Assembly (NCBI GenBank): GCA_001938485.1
Contig: MQRK01241688.1
Span: 1 to 64,000, forward strand
Direction: 5' to 3'
DNA: 64,000 nt
From: Girardia tigrina
Taxonomy: Eukaryota
In this document: one piece after another, positions 11,573-23,215 of the stretch
How the letters are laid out: the number at the start of each line of letters is the position of its first letter
Numbering within the stretch: the first letter of the stretch is position 1
Program-made: the position numbers and the translations under genes
Notes under the pieces: model-generated
Databases searched by the model: none
What the model saw: the letters and a program-made list of their open reading frames with translations, nothing else
Told to the model about the DNA's origin: nothing

Positions 11573-13793
11573 AATGGACAAATGTCATTCGAACAAAAGC
11601 CCAAACGGACAGAACCCCAAGCAGACAAGATCCCTAAAGGACGAAAGCCCATGTAGACAAAAGTTAGGGTTTAGGTTTTTTTTAATATGTTATACTCAAG
11701 AAATTAAGGAAATATTTATACAATCTAAATACCACCCAAATTCATATGTATTCGGACACGTAAAATAATTCTTATTAAAAATTTTAAATTATAAATAATA
11801 TGTACTTATTTGTATTATATATGAATTACTTTGATATTTTACGCTAATCTAATTACAATTCTAAAATAATTTGAAGAAATCAAATAAAAAAGTTAACTAA
11901 TAAAAATTTTATTCACATTTAAAAATTTGTTCTCAAATTCAAAAGAATTCGGACACCTACTATTTAAAATCTTGTAACATCGCCCTTTGCTTTTATGACA
12001 TCTTCCATTCTTCTATTCATTGAATTGTATAAATACTGACATTTATCAATGGGAAAACTATTCCATATTGCTAGAATTTCATTCTTCAAATGATTTGTAT
12101 TTTTAGGATGTTTTTTTCGTAATTCCTTTTTCATAAATGCTCAAAAATTCTCGATATGAATTAAATCTGGGCTTCCTGAAGGCCATGTCCAGAAGAACAT
12201 ATTATTTTTCATCATCCAAGTTTTTGTAAATTTAGGAGTATGACAAGGTGCTCCATTTTGTTGAAAAATGAAATCTCCATTATCAAAATATTGAGTAATA
12301 GATGGAACGAGACTTTCCCTTAATATCTCGGTATACTTTGTAGAGTTCATTGTGCCCTCTATAAAGTGAAGACTGTCAAGTCCTTTGTTTGTCATACAAC
12401 CCCAAATCATTATACTTTAAGGAAATTTCAGAGTTCGGTTTAAACAGTCCGATAATAATGACTCGGTACTAAGTCTTAAGACCGATTTTCCATTTTCGCC
12501 CATGGACAATTCAAAACGAGATTAGTCTGAAAATATAACTTTATTCCAATCATTTTCGCTCCATTTGCTATGATTAAGAGCCCATTCAGGTCTCTTTTTC
12601 TTTTGAATAGGTGACAGAAACGATTTGTTTTCAGCCTTAAAGAAGTTTTACGCAATACTTATATTTCATTAAGAAAATCTCACCTTATAGAATGAATAAT
12701 TTAATTCATATATTCGACGTAGACAAGTGGATGGAGAAGAAGAAATGTCTGTTTGCATACTCCATTTCTCGTTGATTTCTTGAACAGTTGCACGACGATA
12801 TTGAGGAATTAACCTCTTCAAACACCGGTTATCAGTAGCGGAAGTCAACTTTGGTCGTCCAGATTTCTTTGGCGATGAGTTATTCTGACGGTATTTAGAT
12901 TTTTTAATATTATCGAACACCGTCGATTTACTTATCTCTAAAATATTGGAAATTTCCCTTACTGATTTTCCTTTAACATGCATGGCAAATATTTTCTCAC
13001 GCATTTCCGTATGCATCTTTTTTCCACGAACCATATTTTAAAAATAACGAATATTTAATCGACTTAAATATTTAAACAATAATACATGTGTTTTTACTAT
13101 TAATCCATATGTAATTTAATATAATTCATTGCCTACATTTATATTATAATTTTTATTAAGTGTTCGAATTCTTTTGAATTTGAGAACAAATTTTTAAATG
13201 CGAATAAAATTTTTATTAGTTAACTTTTTTATTTGATTTCTTCAAATTATTTTAGAATTGTATTTAGATTATCGTAAAATATCAAATTAATTCATCTATA
13301 ATACAAATAAGTACATATTATTTATAATTTAAAATTTTTAATAAGAATTATTTTACGTGTCCGAATACATATAAATTTGGGTAGTATAATTATATCGATA
13401 GACACGGAATCATTTTAATTTTACAATTAATCAAAAATATTCTAATTAATTTAATTGACTAAATTAATTTAATTGATATTTACCAATAAACACGGATTAA
13501 ATGCAATGTTTGTATAAAATATTAAAAATACTTTCATAATTTGAACTTTTTCAAATTTTGCCAAATCATTTTTTGTCGTCATATTTTATTGATATAGAAT
13601 TTTCTCAGAAATGATTTGCTTTTGCGCAAAACTTTAATTATTATTGTCATGTTGCACTTTTATAAATTAGTACTTTTTTCTCTTTGTTTTTTTTCGGCAT
13701 AGGATTTTGTTTACATGGGCTTTTGTCCTTTGGGGATTTTGTCTGCATGGTTTTTTGTCAGTTGGGCTTTTGTTCGAATGTCATTTGTCCATT
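11573..13793. mobile_element. foldback/MULE-like non-autonomous element with modular inverted termini; hosts a nested Tc1
   Basis: 11573-11662 and ~13705-13793 are inverted copies built of ~15-bp GACAAAAGCCC-like subunits; GTTAGGGTTTAGG lies just inside the left arm. Confidence 0.7.
11732..13384 (-). mobile_element. Minos-like IR/DR Tc1 (DD34E) element with an intron-containing transposase, inactivated
   Basis: ~225-bp IRs with a TTCGGACAC direct repeat at both ends of each; exon 1 13034-12684, 48-nt GT-AG intron 12683-12636, then VIFSD*SRF, FQQNGAPCH, WPSGSPDLIHIEN, ending GDVTRF*. Confidence 0.9.
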
Positions 13794-14316
13794 AGAAACT
13801 GACATTTTTAATAAAGATCTATCGGTCAAATATGACTATTTACAACTCTCTATTCCAATATCATTTTATGAGAAAACAAAACTAAGATTAATTGAAGGCT
13901 TTGCTTGGGATCAAGAGCATCTTCCTCTGTGAAGAAAGAAAAAAGAAAATTATAAATCAAAATTTAATTGAGACGAAATCTATTCAAAAATGATTCAAGA
14001 AATAGAGAATGTAATGAAAGGTAAGATATTTGAGTCGTAACAATATTGAACAAGAGCTCACACTATTGTGGCTACTGTTGACTTCATTCAAAGTGGTACC
14101 CCAGGTGTTATGGACCCGGGACATTGACCAATTAAAAATCAAGTGTTTGGTTTTGATAGAAATACAAAAAAAATCGTCCTAATATAAACTTAATTTATAA
14201 ACTTAAATTTATCTTTCTAAATTATGGGGAAAGATATTATACCAGTCAAACTCGAGTTTAACAAAATTTTGATTTTTTGATTAAGAAAATGTCAACCAAT
14301 GCAAGGAAGTCGTGTT

Positions 14317-14722
14317 ATTAGGTTAATTCAAAAGAAATGTTTTTAAATGTTTTTAAAGTTATGACTTTCTTTTGAATTAACTTTATTAGTCAAAATAAAA
14401 ACAATTACATTAAACACACTGTTGTCAACGGGTAAAAAGTACTTTTTATTCCAGTTTCATTAAATTCTGGAGTTCTGGAGGCGATGAACTCGCCCAAGGC
14501 TCTTTTAGCATCTCCTTGGTTTCTGAAGCATTTTTGTGAAGGACTTGGCTGAAATGTTTGAAAAGGTAAAAGTCTGTTGGAGAAAGGTGTGGTGATTACG
14601 TTGTATGAGGCAAAGTTTCATATCCCAGTTCGTTTAACTTCAGTATGCTCTTTCTTGCAACATTTGGACGACCGTTTTCATGCAGAAGAATTGGCTCTTT
14701 TTTATTGAGTAATACCGGCTTC
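14317..14722 (-). mobile_element. mariner DD34D 3' fragment
   Basis: PILLHENGRPNV...LPHTT*SPHLSPTDFYLF...YFD*; TTAGGTTAATTCAAAAGAAA TIR-like end. Confidence 0.8.
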
Positions 14723-14814
14723 ATTTGATTGAAAATTTTTTGAGTCTATTTAAAATTTGTTGTCGTTTAGTTGCTGTTTTCTCATTTTTTGTCGAAAAAA
14801 TGGTTTTTTCAAAC

Positions 14815-16205
14815 TTTTGTCAAGGAAGAGCTACAGTAAAATTTTGTGATGAGAAGCATATCCTGAAAAACTTTGTTTTCCATAGTCATGCTCCACAAAC
14901 TAGTTCTGCTGCCATCGCAAACGTCCTCAAACAGCTGAAGGAAAATGTGAAGCAAAATCAAGATTCGCCATGCCAGATTATTCAGAAGACTTTAGTGACA
15001 AATAATTCCGAGAATGCACCATACATGCCATCCAAAAATACATTGTGAAAAAGAATTGCTTATGTTCGGAAAACAGAGAGACCACCAGAACCACAATCAC
15101 TTGAAGATATAATTATCCCAGAAGCGTTTCGTCGTACTTTGAACTACGAACGACCATTAATGCATTGAAATGCGAATTTCCTGCAGCTCGTAATAAAGTG
15201 TTTTTTTTCACCTTGGACAGTGTTTCTGGAGGAAAGTCTAAGGTAGGGGACTGGCTTCTCCGTATGGTAATGATGAAGAATTTAGTTTGCTGCTTAGACA
15301 TATTTGTGCCTTGGTGTTTCTTCATCCGGATGAGATACCAAAAGCCTTTGATATTTTGAAACAAAATTTACCACAACAAACTAAGGATGTCATGGATTGA
15401 TTTCAAAATAATTATATACCTGGAAGAATTAGAAGACATATGCGTGATGGCGCAGTTGTTCGTGCATCACCTTTATTGCCACCAACAGTATGGACGGCTT
15501 ATGATTCTATTAAACAAGGCATTCCACGTACTCAGAATGTCGTAGAAGCTTGGCCTCGAATATCGGAATGCCTTATTGTACGAGCACATGTTGGATTTTA
15601 CAGGTTAATTAAAGAATTTCAGAAAGAACAACAGCAAGTCAATATTCATGCAGAATGTATACTTCGAGGAGAGCCTACTACAAAGCCCAAGAAATCATTA
15701 ATCGACATAGAAAATAGAATAATTATAGTAATTAAAAGTCATGGTACTGGAACAATAATGGAATATTTGCGTGGGATTGTGCACAATTTGTCATTTTAAA
15801 TAAAATTTTTGATTGACTTCTTTCGTATTTATATTTTTGTTTTTTTTTAATTTTGAAGTTATTATTTTATTTTTTATTTGAAGTTATTATTAAAAAAAAT
15901 TAAAAAAGTAAAATAATTTTAATTATATACTAATATTTAATATTGTAAGTTATACAGTATCTATAAACATTTTTTATTTTTGGGTTTGTGGGATTCATTT
16001 GGAATTTTGGGCTGTCGGGATTTTGGGTAGTCGGGATTTTGGCCTGTCGGGATTTTGGCTGTCGGAATTTTGGCTTGTCGAGATTTTGACCTGTCGGGAT
16101 ATTGGGCTGTCGGGATTTTGGTTTGTCGGGATTTTGGCCTGTCGGGATTTTGACATGTCGGGATTTTGGGCTGTCAGGATTTTGGCTGTCGGGATTTTGA
16201 CCCGC
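14815..16205 (+). mobile_element. Phantom-type MULE remnant, internally deleted
   Basis: FLYWCH tail (CQGRAT...HSH); MULE C-terminal motifs (FQNNYI, PLLPPTVW, PRTQNVVEAW, LIKEFQKEQ); subterminal tandem array. Confidence 0.8.
15978..16202 (+). repeat. subterminal 16-17 bp tandem array (GTCGGGATTTTGGCCT consensus)
   Basis: About a dozen directly abutting units with no spacers. Confidence 0.9.
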
Positions 16206-17285
16206 TCCATATTAAATACATTAAAAACGATCTTTCTTTTGCATCAACCTAATAATATTTTTTTCTTTTATTTTCTTTTTTTAATACAATATTTTCAGTC
16301 ATAAACAAAGCCAGAAAACTAATTAATTGTAAACAACAAAATCAGTGTCTTATGAGGACATAAATTAGTTACTCCGGTATTTAAGGCAAACAGATTTCGA
16401 AATTGATCATTCGACATTAAAATATGAAAATCATTTATCATTTAAAATCTTCAGAGATCGATTTATTTTGAGTTATGATTTGATATTGTATTCGATTTTT
16501 TTATTAGAAGATCTGAAAGAATGATTAAAAAACGAGGCGTTCTGAGGGCCTATCAGCAGACTGATTCTTGTCCAATTCTTATACTCAAAAAATCAAATTA
16601 GTTTAAAAAACTATTTTGAGACCTTTTCAATTATTTTTATCAAACCGAACTATTTGGTCAACAATGAAGAAAGCACAAATGTTCCTTGTTCCAACGAGAC
16701 CAATGATGATGATATGATATATAATGATAGGACGATTTAACAAAATTGATAGAAGAAGAATTTCAGTGTCATCTGGACTTTCACCGATCGCGGATATCCG
16801 GCCAAATTTCTTTGAGGAGTCACAAAGTTGTTTGCAGCTTTAAAAATGACTTTTCCACTTGAAGGGAAATAATTTAAAAAAGCGTCATTTCTTCTTTTTC
16901 TGCAGTAGTTGCTTTGATTCAATTATTTACAGATGTTAAAGTCCAATATCTTTCATCACTCGATTTTTCTTTCTTCGGCAATTCTTCAATTCCGTAACTC
17001 GGCATCACAAGGAGGAGTTACAAATTAAGAAAAAATGTAGAACATTAAGTGATTCATATTCTTTTCATAACTGAGCTTTAACTTGAATAAACTTTATGAA
17101 CTATAAGGTAGGCTTTTAATTTTACTGAATATTTGGTTTGTCTTTGGATTTTTATCCAATAAAATAATGTAGAATATAAATAAATAAATAAATTATTCTC
17201 ATTTAATAGATTATTTTATATTGTAATTATAACCGTAAAAGTAAAATTATTTATTAATCAAATATAAAGTATTCGTATTAATAAA

Positions 17286-18089
17286 ATGATTACCCATGAA
17301 GATTATTCTTTCATCAAATTTATTCAAAAACGTAAAAAGGGTTCCATCTATTTGGCTAACAATAACTCCTCAAATAATAAGAAATACAAAGTTGTTCTTA
17401 TCAAAACCTTCCTCAAAGAAGCAGCTGGTTACTTTATATCTTCAAGCAAATATCCTTTCCCAATTCCAAAGGAAATGTATTATAATACATTAATAGATAA
17501 CAATAAAGTTTGTCCAGTTATTCTTGATTATTTCCAGAATGACGAAGAATTTGCAGTTGTAATGGAATATCTAAGCGGACAATGGACTGAATTGTTTGAT
17601 TATACGGCGAATACGAATCGACTAGAAAGATGTATCAAGAAAATAATGAAAGGTGTATTTGAAGCTCTAGAAATTCTCGTCGAGAAAGGAATATATCATC
17701 TTGATATTAAACCTGCAAACATAATGTTTCATAAAACGAAATATCAAGTAAAAATACTTGACTTTGAAGATTGTACATACAATATAAAATATTCTCGACC
17801 AAGGTGTAACGATATAATTGGTACAGTCGGACATATGGCTCCAGAAGTAATGAGTGGAAATTGGTATGATATAGAAAGAAGTTTAGTATTTATGTTTGGA
17901 AGTCTTATGTTCAGTTGTATTGAGACAAAGATGGCATTCAAAAATGAAGAGGAATATAAAACATTTAGAGGATTGTCATACAAACGATGTTCAGAGTCAG
18001 CAAAGAGTCTGATTGACAAATGTATGGTTTGGAATCCGGACAAAAGAATCAATTTTAGGGAAATTAAACATCATATTTGGTTACAATAA
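17286..18089 (+). CDS. intronless Ser/Thr protein kinase (PIM/CAMK-like), domain only
   Basis: VLIK, VMEY, YHLDIKPAN, LDFE, GTVGHMAPE and PDKRI motifs; TATAAA about 20 nt upstream of the ATG; intact 267-aa ORF. Confidence 0.9.
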   Translation: MITHEDYSFIKFIQKRKKGSIYLANNNSSNNKKYKVVLIKTFLKEAAGYFISSSKYPFPIPKEMYYNTLIDNNKVCPVILDYFQNDEEFAVVMEYLSGQWTELFDYTANTNRLERCIKKIMKGVFEALEILVEKGIYHLDIKPANIMFHKTKYQVKILDFEDCTYNIKYSRPRCNDIIGTVGHMAPEVMSGNWYDIERSLVFMFGSLMFSCIETKMAFKNEEEYKTFRGLSYKRCSESAKSLIDKCMVWNPDKRINFREIKHHIWLQ

Positions 18090-18125
18090 CAACATTGAAT
18101 CTGTATTAAGTTATTTAAATATTAA

Positions 18126-18518
18126 CCCTTTACTGACTATTGATGCCATATGGAATCATAATATATATCAGACTTGTATAGCCATCTATGAATGAATAGG
18201 GATAACATTTTTTATTTAGATCGATAAGGAAGATCGATAAGAAGATATATTTGTTGTCAATTAAATTTTTACTCTAATTACTTTACTGCTTTCGCATATA
18301 TTTTACTACATTTCAGTGTATTAATTATTATAGCATTATTATATTATTTATTATTATAGCATATTAATTCTTTTTTATGTTTTTAGGGCAAGATGACTGA
18401 TAGAATTGAATTTTTTTATGTATAAGAAAAAAAAACTAAAAATTATTTTTTGGTACCCTATATGTACTCAAAAAACATATTTTTTTTTCCTGATATTCTT
18501 AATTCAGCCAGGAAAGGG
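18126..18518. mobile_element. piggyBac-type MITE
   Basis: TTAA-CCCTTTACTG ... CAGGAAAGGG-TTAA. Confidence 0.75.
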
Positions 18519-19540
18519 TTAAGTAACGATTAATTATTTTATTAAAGTTTAAGATTAATTTATTAATATATTATATTATACAGGGGTGGCCATAAGTCGC
18601 TTTACCTAGTTTTAATAATAATAAACACAAAATTCTAAGTGATACAACTTTTATTTAATCAGCGTACAATAATAATTTCAAAACAAAAACTTGAAAACAA
18701 TTAAATCTTATCTTCAAAGTGTTGTCCTTCAGATTTAATACACAACTGGATTCTTCTCTGAACAGAGTGACAGATTCGTCGGCACAAGTCTTTATCGTTG
18801 TTCAAGGCTGCAAATTCTGTAGTAATTCTTTCCTTCAACTCGGATATGGTTAGAAAATTTTGTGAGTAAACGCGTTCCTTCAGGATACCTCACATTGAAT
18901 AATCACAAGGTGTCAGGTCCGGTGATCGTGGGGGCCATTCAGTGGTTCCTCTTTTGCCGATCCACATCTTAAAAGTGCTATCCAAAAAGTCGCGTACATT
19001 TCTACCATAATGAGGGGGAGCACCGTCTTGCATCCAAACGTCGTTATCTGTGTCAAGCTGAGGTACGGCAAAATCACGCAGAAATTTTATTTATCATTAT
19101 TATTATTTATTATTTTTATTATTATTATTATTATTATAGCTGAGAATTGACCGTTCCATCAAAGAAGTATGGACCCAGCACACCAGTGGAACGTATTCCT
19201 CCTATAGAAAGATTGTTGGTCTCCCATACCAGATGAGGATTCTCAGTGGAATAGTACACGGCATTATGCAAATTAACGTGATCATTCAACTTAAATGAAG
19301 CTTCGTCGGTCCAATTCGGTCCAATTACAGCTCCAATGCTGTAACCATTTGGAAAATTCTATGCGCCTGTCATAATCGTCATCCTTCATTTGATGGAGCA
19401 AACGAGGTCGCCAAACTTTCAACTCAAAGTCCTTCATTATTCTATGTCACTTGTGCGTGGTATATGCAACTGCAAACTTGCACGAACTGCAGATGTTGAT
19501 AGCGCATTCTGATAGAAAGTTCTAACATTTTCTTTATTTT

Positions 19541-20741
19541 TGTAATATATTAATTTTAGTTAATACTTTGTCGCGTGATTGTTTCCTTTGCGGTGTGTCA
19601 ATTCGTTAGATTTTTTTCAGTTTTTTCCAACAATTCTTTTTAATATGAGAAACGTCCTTAAGAACAATAATCAGATGATCTGATTTCTCAGCTGATTCAT
19701 TTATTTTACTAAATTTTTACACTCTTGAAAATTTCAAGAACCCAAACTTGGAGACAAAAATACACAATCCATTGCAAAAAGAGTAATAAATTTGAAAACC
19801 CTAATGTGAACCCAATGTATGATCCAGTCATTGATATAGAAAGCCTGCATTATAGGATTAGATACATAAGATTGAAACCTGTTATTAAGATTTTCCAAAA
19901 ATAAAAATATCAACAAAATCATATCAGCAAAAAATTCGTGTAGGCATTGTTCTTGAAAAGAATAACCGTATTTATTCATTAAAAAAAGTGTAATAATTAA
20001 GAAAAATCACTGAAATAACATATGAAGAAAATAAATCACAAATTATAAAAAAATATTGTGATCGCTCCAAAATTGAAAAAATGATCAATCAAAGTTTTAA
20101 ACGTCAAATCTGCCATACCGTAAATAAATAAAAGTAAAACTAATAAAACGAAATTGGAAAACAAAAATGAATTTAATTAAAAAAAATCAATGATCGCTAA
20201 AAGATCATAATTAAAAAAATCAATAAGTACGTACGACAGAACTTTCAAATCAAAACCCATTTCCGACGAATTTTCGCAATTGTCTATTTATCAACCTTTC
20301 AAATCAAAACCAATTTCCGAAGAATTTTCGCAGTGGACTATTTATCAACCATTCAAAGCAGTTTCGACTAAAATATTGTATATTGTACAAAAGTATATTG
20401 TACAAAAATCAAAACCCATTTCCGACGAATTTTCGCAGTGGACTATTTATCAACCTTTCAAATCAAAACCAATTTCCGACGAATTTTCGCAGTTGATTAT
20501 TTATCAACCATTCAAAGCAGTTTCGACTAAAATATTGTATATTGTACGAAAGTTGTAAGTTGAATTTTTATTTAGTGTATTCTCATAATTATAATTAAAT
20601 CCCAGCCTTAACTTTATTTTTATTTAATTATAGTAAAAAAGATTAACTATAATATTTGGTGTCAGAAGTGGGATTTAATTGTAACGCTAGTTTTAACAAA
20701 TTGTATTTTTTTTAAAAGTAAAAAAATAATTATATATTACA
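19541..20741 (+). mobile_element. LTR remnant (LTR, PBS and LTR end)
   Basis: TGTAATATA...TATATTACA termini; ATTTT TSD; removing it restores the transposase frame DENKENVR; PBS-like TGGTGTCAGAAGTGGGAT at 20657-20674. Confidence 0.8.
20242..20552 (+). repeat. 54-bp tandem repeat in a higher-order (A-A-B)x2 arrangement
   Basis: Four copies of CTTTCAAATCAAAACCCATTTCCGACGAATTTTCGCA...TTTATCAAC and two copies of a CATTCAAAGCAGTTTCGACTAAAATATTGTA unit. Confidence 0.9.
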
Positions 20742-20971
20742 ATTTTCATCGGTATTCATATTGTTAGGGTGCCCACTTCTTTTCTTGTGGGTTACAGAGC
20801 CGGTCTCGTGAAACTTTTTAACCAAAACATGCATTGATTGTCGTGATGGAGGAGCGTTATTAGGATACTCTTTTGAAAATGCTGCAGCTACAGCTCTTGA
20901 ATTTCTATCATGCTTTGTCCACTGCTTTACTATAAAAATTTGTTGCTGAAGTGTTAATTGTCGTACCATGC

Positions 20972-22630
20972 CTGGACGACTGGCAATTTGGTTTCAGACC
21001 AAACAGAAGCTCAGTGCACACGATTGGTATCTTACGAAAGATACAAGAAGAGGCCAGATACCGGAACATAAACGTATTTGCTATTTTTATCGACCTTGAA
21101 AAGGCATTTGACAGCGTACCCAGGAAAGTTCTCTGGGATTGCCTTCAAGGAATTGGAATACAGGATCGGATGCTAAGTATCATCATGAAATTTAATGAAG
21201 GTTTCACGGGAAGCATTGGAAAGGATGAATTCAGTATGGACAAAGGAGTCCGTCAAGGTTGCGTATTGGGTCCTCTACTATTCAACTTTGTCTTTGATCA
21301 TGCAATTAAGACCGCGATCAAAGAAGGACTATCAGGTGGTGTGAAACTAAAATACAATGGGGAAGAGCTGACCGTGAACAGACTTGCTTATGCAGACGAC
21401 CTGTGCTTACTGGACGAAGACTATGGAAATATCGAACGGAATCTCACGTGTCTCAACACTGTGTTCTTGAATATGGGGCTCAAATCAACATTTGGAAAAC
21501 AAAGATCCTGAATCTCAATTACAGCAAGAGACGAGCTGAATGCCGGAATAGAATGTGTGGACGACTTCTGCTACCTGGGATCGATAATTGAAAGTGGAGA
21601 AAGCTCAGGTACGGACATCAAAGCCAGTATTCAGAAAGGAGCAGCGAAATTACGGACGATCAGACCAGTGTTGAAGAACAACAAATTGTCTCTCCGGAAT
21701 AAGAAGAACATAATTAGCAGCTGTGTATTCCAGGTGGTTTACTACAGCTGTGAAAATTGTAGGACAAATGAAGTACACGTGAAAAAGCTAAAAGCATTTC
21801 ACAATCTATGTACTCGGCGAACTCTGGGGATTTCGAAAGCCGAAAGGATCAGGATTGATGAGATATCAATGGGACTGCAAAGCCCAATGGATATCATGGC
21901 GCGGAGAAAAATCGTACACAATTCCAAGGTCGATTTAGGAGAATGCTTGGAGAACGTCAAGCAGATCAGTGAATGCGAACTCATCGGAGGAAAGAAGATC
22001 AGCGGTCGGAGAAAGCAACATCTGGTAGAATGTCTCAGAGTGGATGCTCACTGGCTCTTTGGAGCCGAGTATAGTTTCGGTGAATTTAAAAGAGATGTTC
22101 TGCAGGAAAACTTACTGAAGATGGATGGAAAGATCGAGAAAGTATTCCGACTGAAGAGAATCCAAAGAAGCGGGGACAAACAAACACTAAGACTGGTGCT
22201 ACCTCGTCTGAAAGAACACAGCTGCCCGATGGATTTTGTTACAAACAATATGCGGAAGTGAAGGAGTTAAACAGGCACCTCAGAAGAGATCACGAAGGAG
22301 CAGAGCCAATACCGCTGAAGAAGAGAGAGAAGAAAGCCCAGTCACGTCAGAAGAAAGGAAAATATCAATGTCAACACTGTCCGAGGGAATACAAGGCCGC
22401 TGGTTTCCTAAGGATTTATATTCAGAAGAATCATCAAGAAACGCAAACATCCAACGCCCAAAGAGAAGAAAACTTGGAAGAAGAGAACAAGGAAGAGCCG
22501 ACATCAAACCAATCCAATCCTCAGTTGCTGAACGCAACTGAAGCCTATCGGGGAGCCCTTAAATACTTTAGTTTGGGTGGACCCTCTAAAGAGCCTTAGG
22601 CTCAATACCATTACAGAGATGGGAGGCCCC
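20972..22630 (+). mobile_element. 5'-truncated RTE-clade LINE with C-terminal C2H2 zinc fingers (copy 1)
   Basis: QFGFR, FIDLEKAFDSV, GVRQGCVLGPLLF, YADD and FCYLGS; ZnFs ...KELNRHLRRDH and CQHCPREYK...H; candidate TSD CCATGC at 20966-71 and 22631-36. Confidence 0.9.
22543..22630 (+). ncRNA. conserved 3'-terminal structured RNA motif of the RTE-ZnF element (copy 1)
   Basis: Stems GCCT/AGGC, CTTTAG/CTAAAG, GGG/CCC, GAGCC/GGCTC and CCAT/ATGG; near-identical to 55823-55914. Confidence 0.75.
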
Positions 22631-23144
22631 CCATGCAAATATTGCCAACAACAATGAACAAAATGAAATAATTTTAAAAATTTTTAAATAAATAATTATT
22701 AAAACAAACAATTTTATCTGGTTTTGTTTATAAATCATTTAGAATTTTGTGTTTATTATTATTAAAACTGGGTAAAGCGACTTACGGCCACCCCTGTATT
22801 TATGATTATATTGTTTTAATAAGTACTTAATTTACATTTCGATAGGTCGAGATTTAAATAATTGTAAAATTTAAAATAGATTAAAAAAGAAATATTTAAT
22901 ATTTAAATTGATTAAATATTTTGTAATTTGTAAATTATAATGAAGTTGAAATAATTAAAATTTCAAAATAAAATAATATATTTGTTAAAATATAAAAGGT
23001 ATTAAGATATAAAAAAATAAATAAATAAAAGAATAAATAAATGTATGAATAAAAATTTCTGAAAATTGTAATAAGTAATTTTGTAAATTTTAGAATCAAT
23101 AAATAAAGATTATGTAAATTTAAAATGTTTAGAAATAGCATTAA

Positions 23145-23215
23145 CCCATTGAAAGCGTAAATCGACTATAGTTGCCCTGATTTCATGTTTAATAATGTTT
23201 AACGCGTTCAAAAGG
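23145..23215. mobile_element. tiny piggyBac-type MITE remnant
   Basis: TTAA-CCCATTGAAAGCG ... CGCGTTCAAAAGG-TTAA. Confidence 0.5.

Larger units (their letters stand above)
18581..22796 (-). mobile_element. rosa/DD41D-type Tc1-mariner element carrying two nested retroelements
   Basis: ~60-bp TIRs CAGGGGTGGCC(A/G)TAAGTCGCTTTACC; TA TSD; transposase ATG at 20969; WTDEASFKLN; QDGAPPH...WPPRSPDLTPCD with 40 residues between the Asp residues. Confidence 0.92.

Noticed and set aside
15995-16304. Repetitive ORFs on both strands
   Set aside because: Translation artefacts of the 16-17 bp MULE subterminal array.
20242-20552. CRISPR-like array
   Set aside because: Units abut directly or are separated by a repeated, not unique, block; no cas genes; eukaryotic LTR context.
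22543-22630. The RTE 3' motif as a known ribozyme (hammerhead, HDV-like, twister, pistol, hatchet) or as a conserved peptide FSLGGPSKEP
   Set aside because: I could not fit the core consensus of any of these by eye on either strand; the peptide is in a different frame from the ZnF ORF in copy 2 and absent in copy 3.
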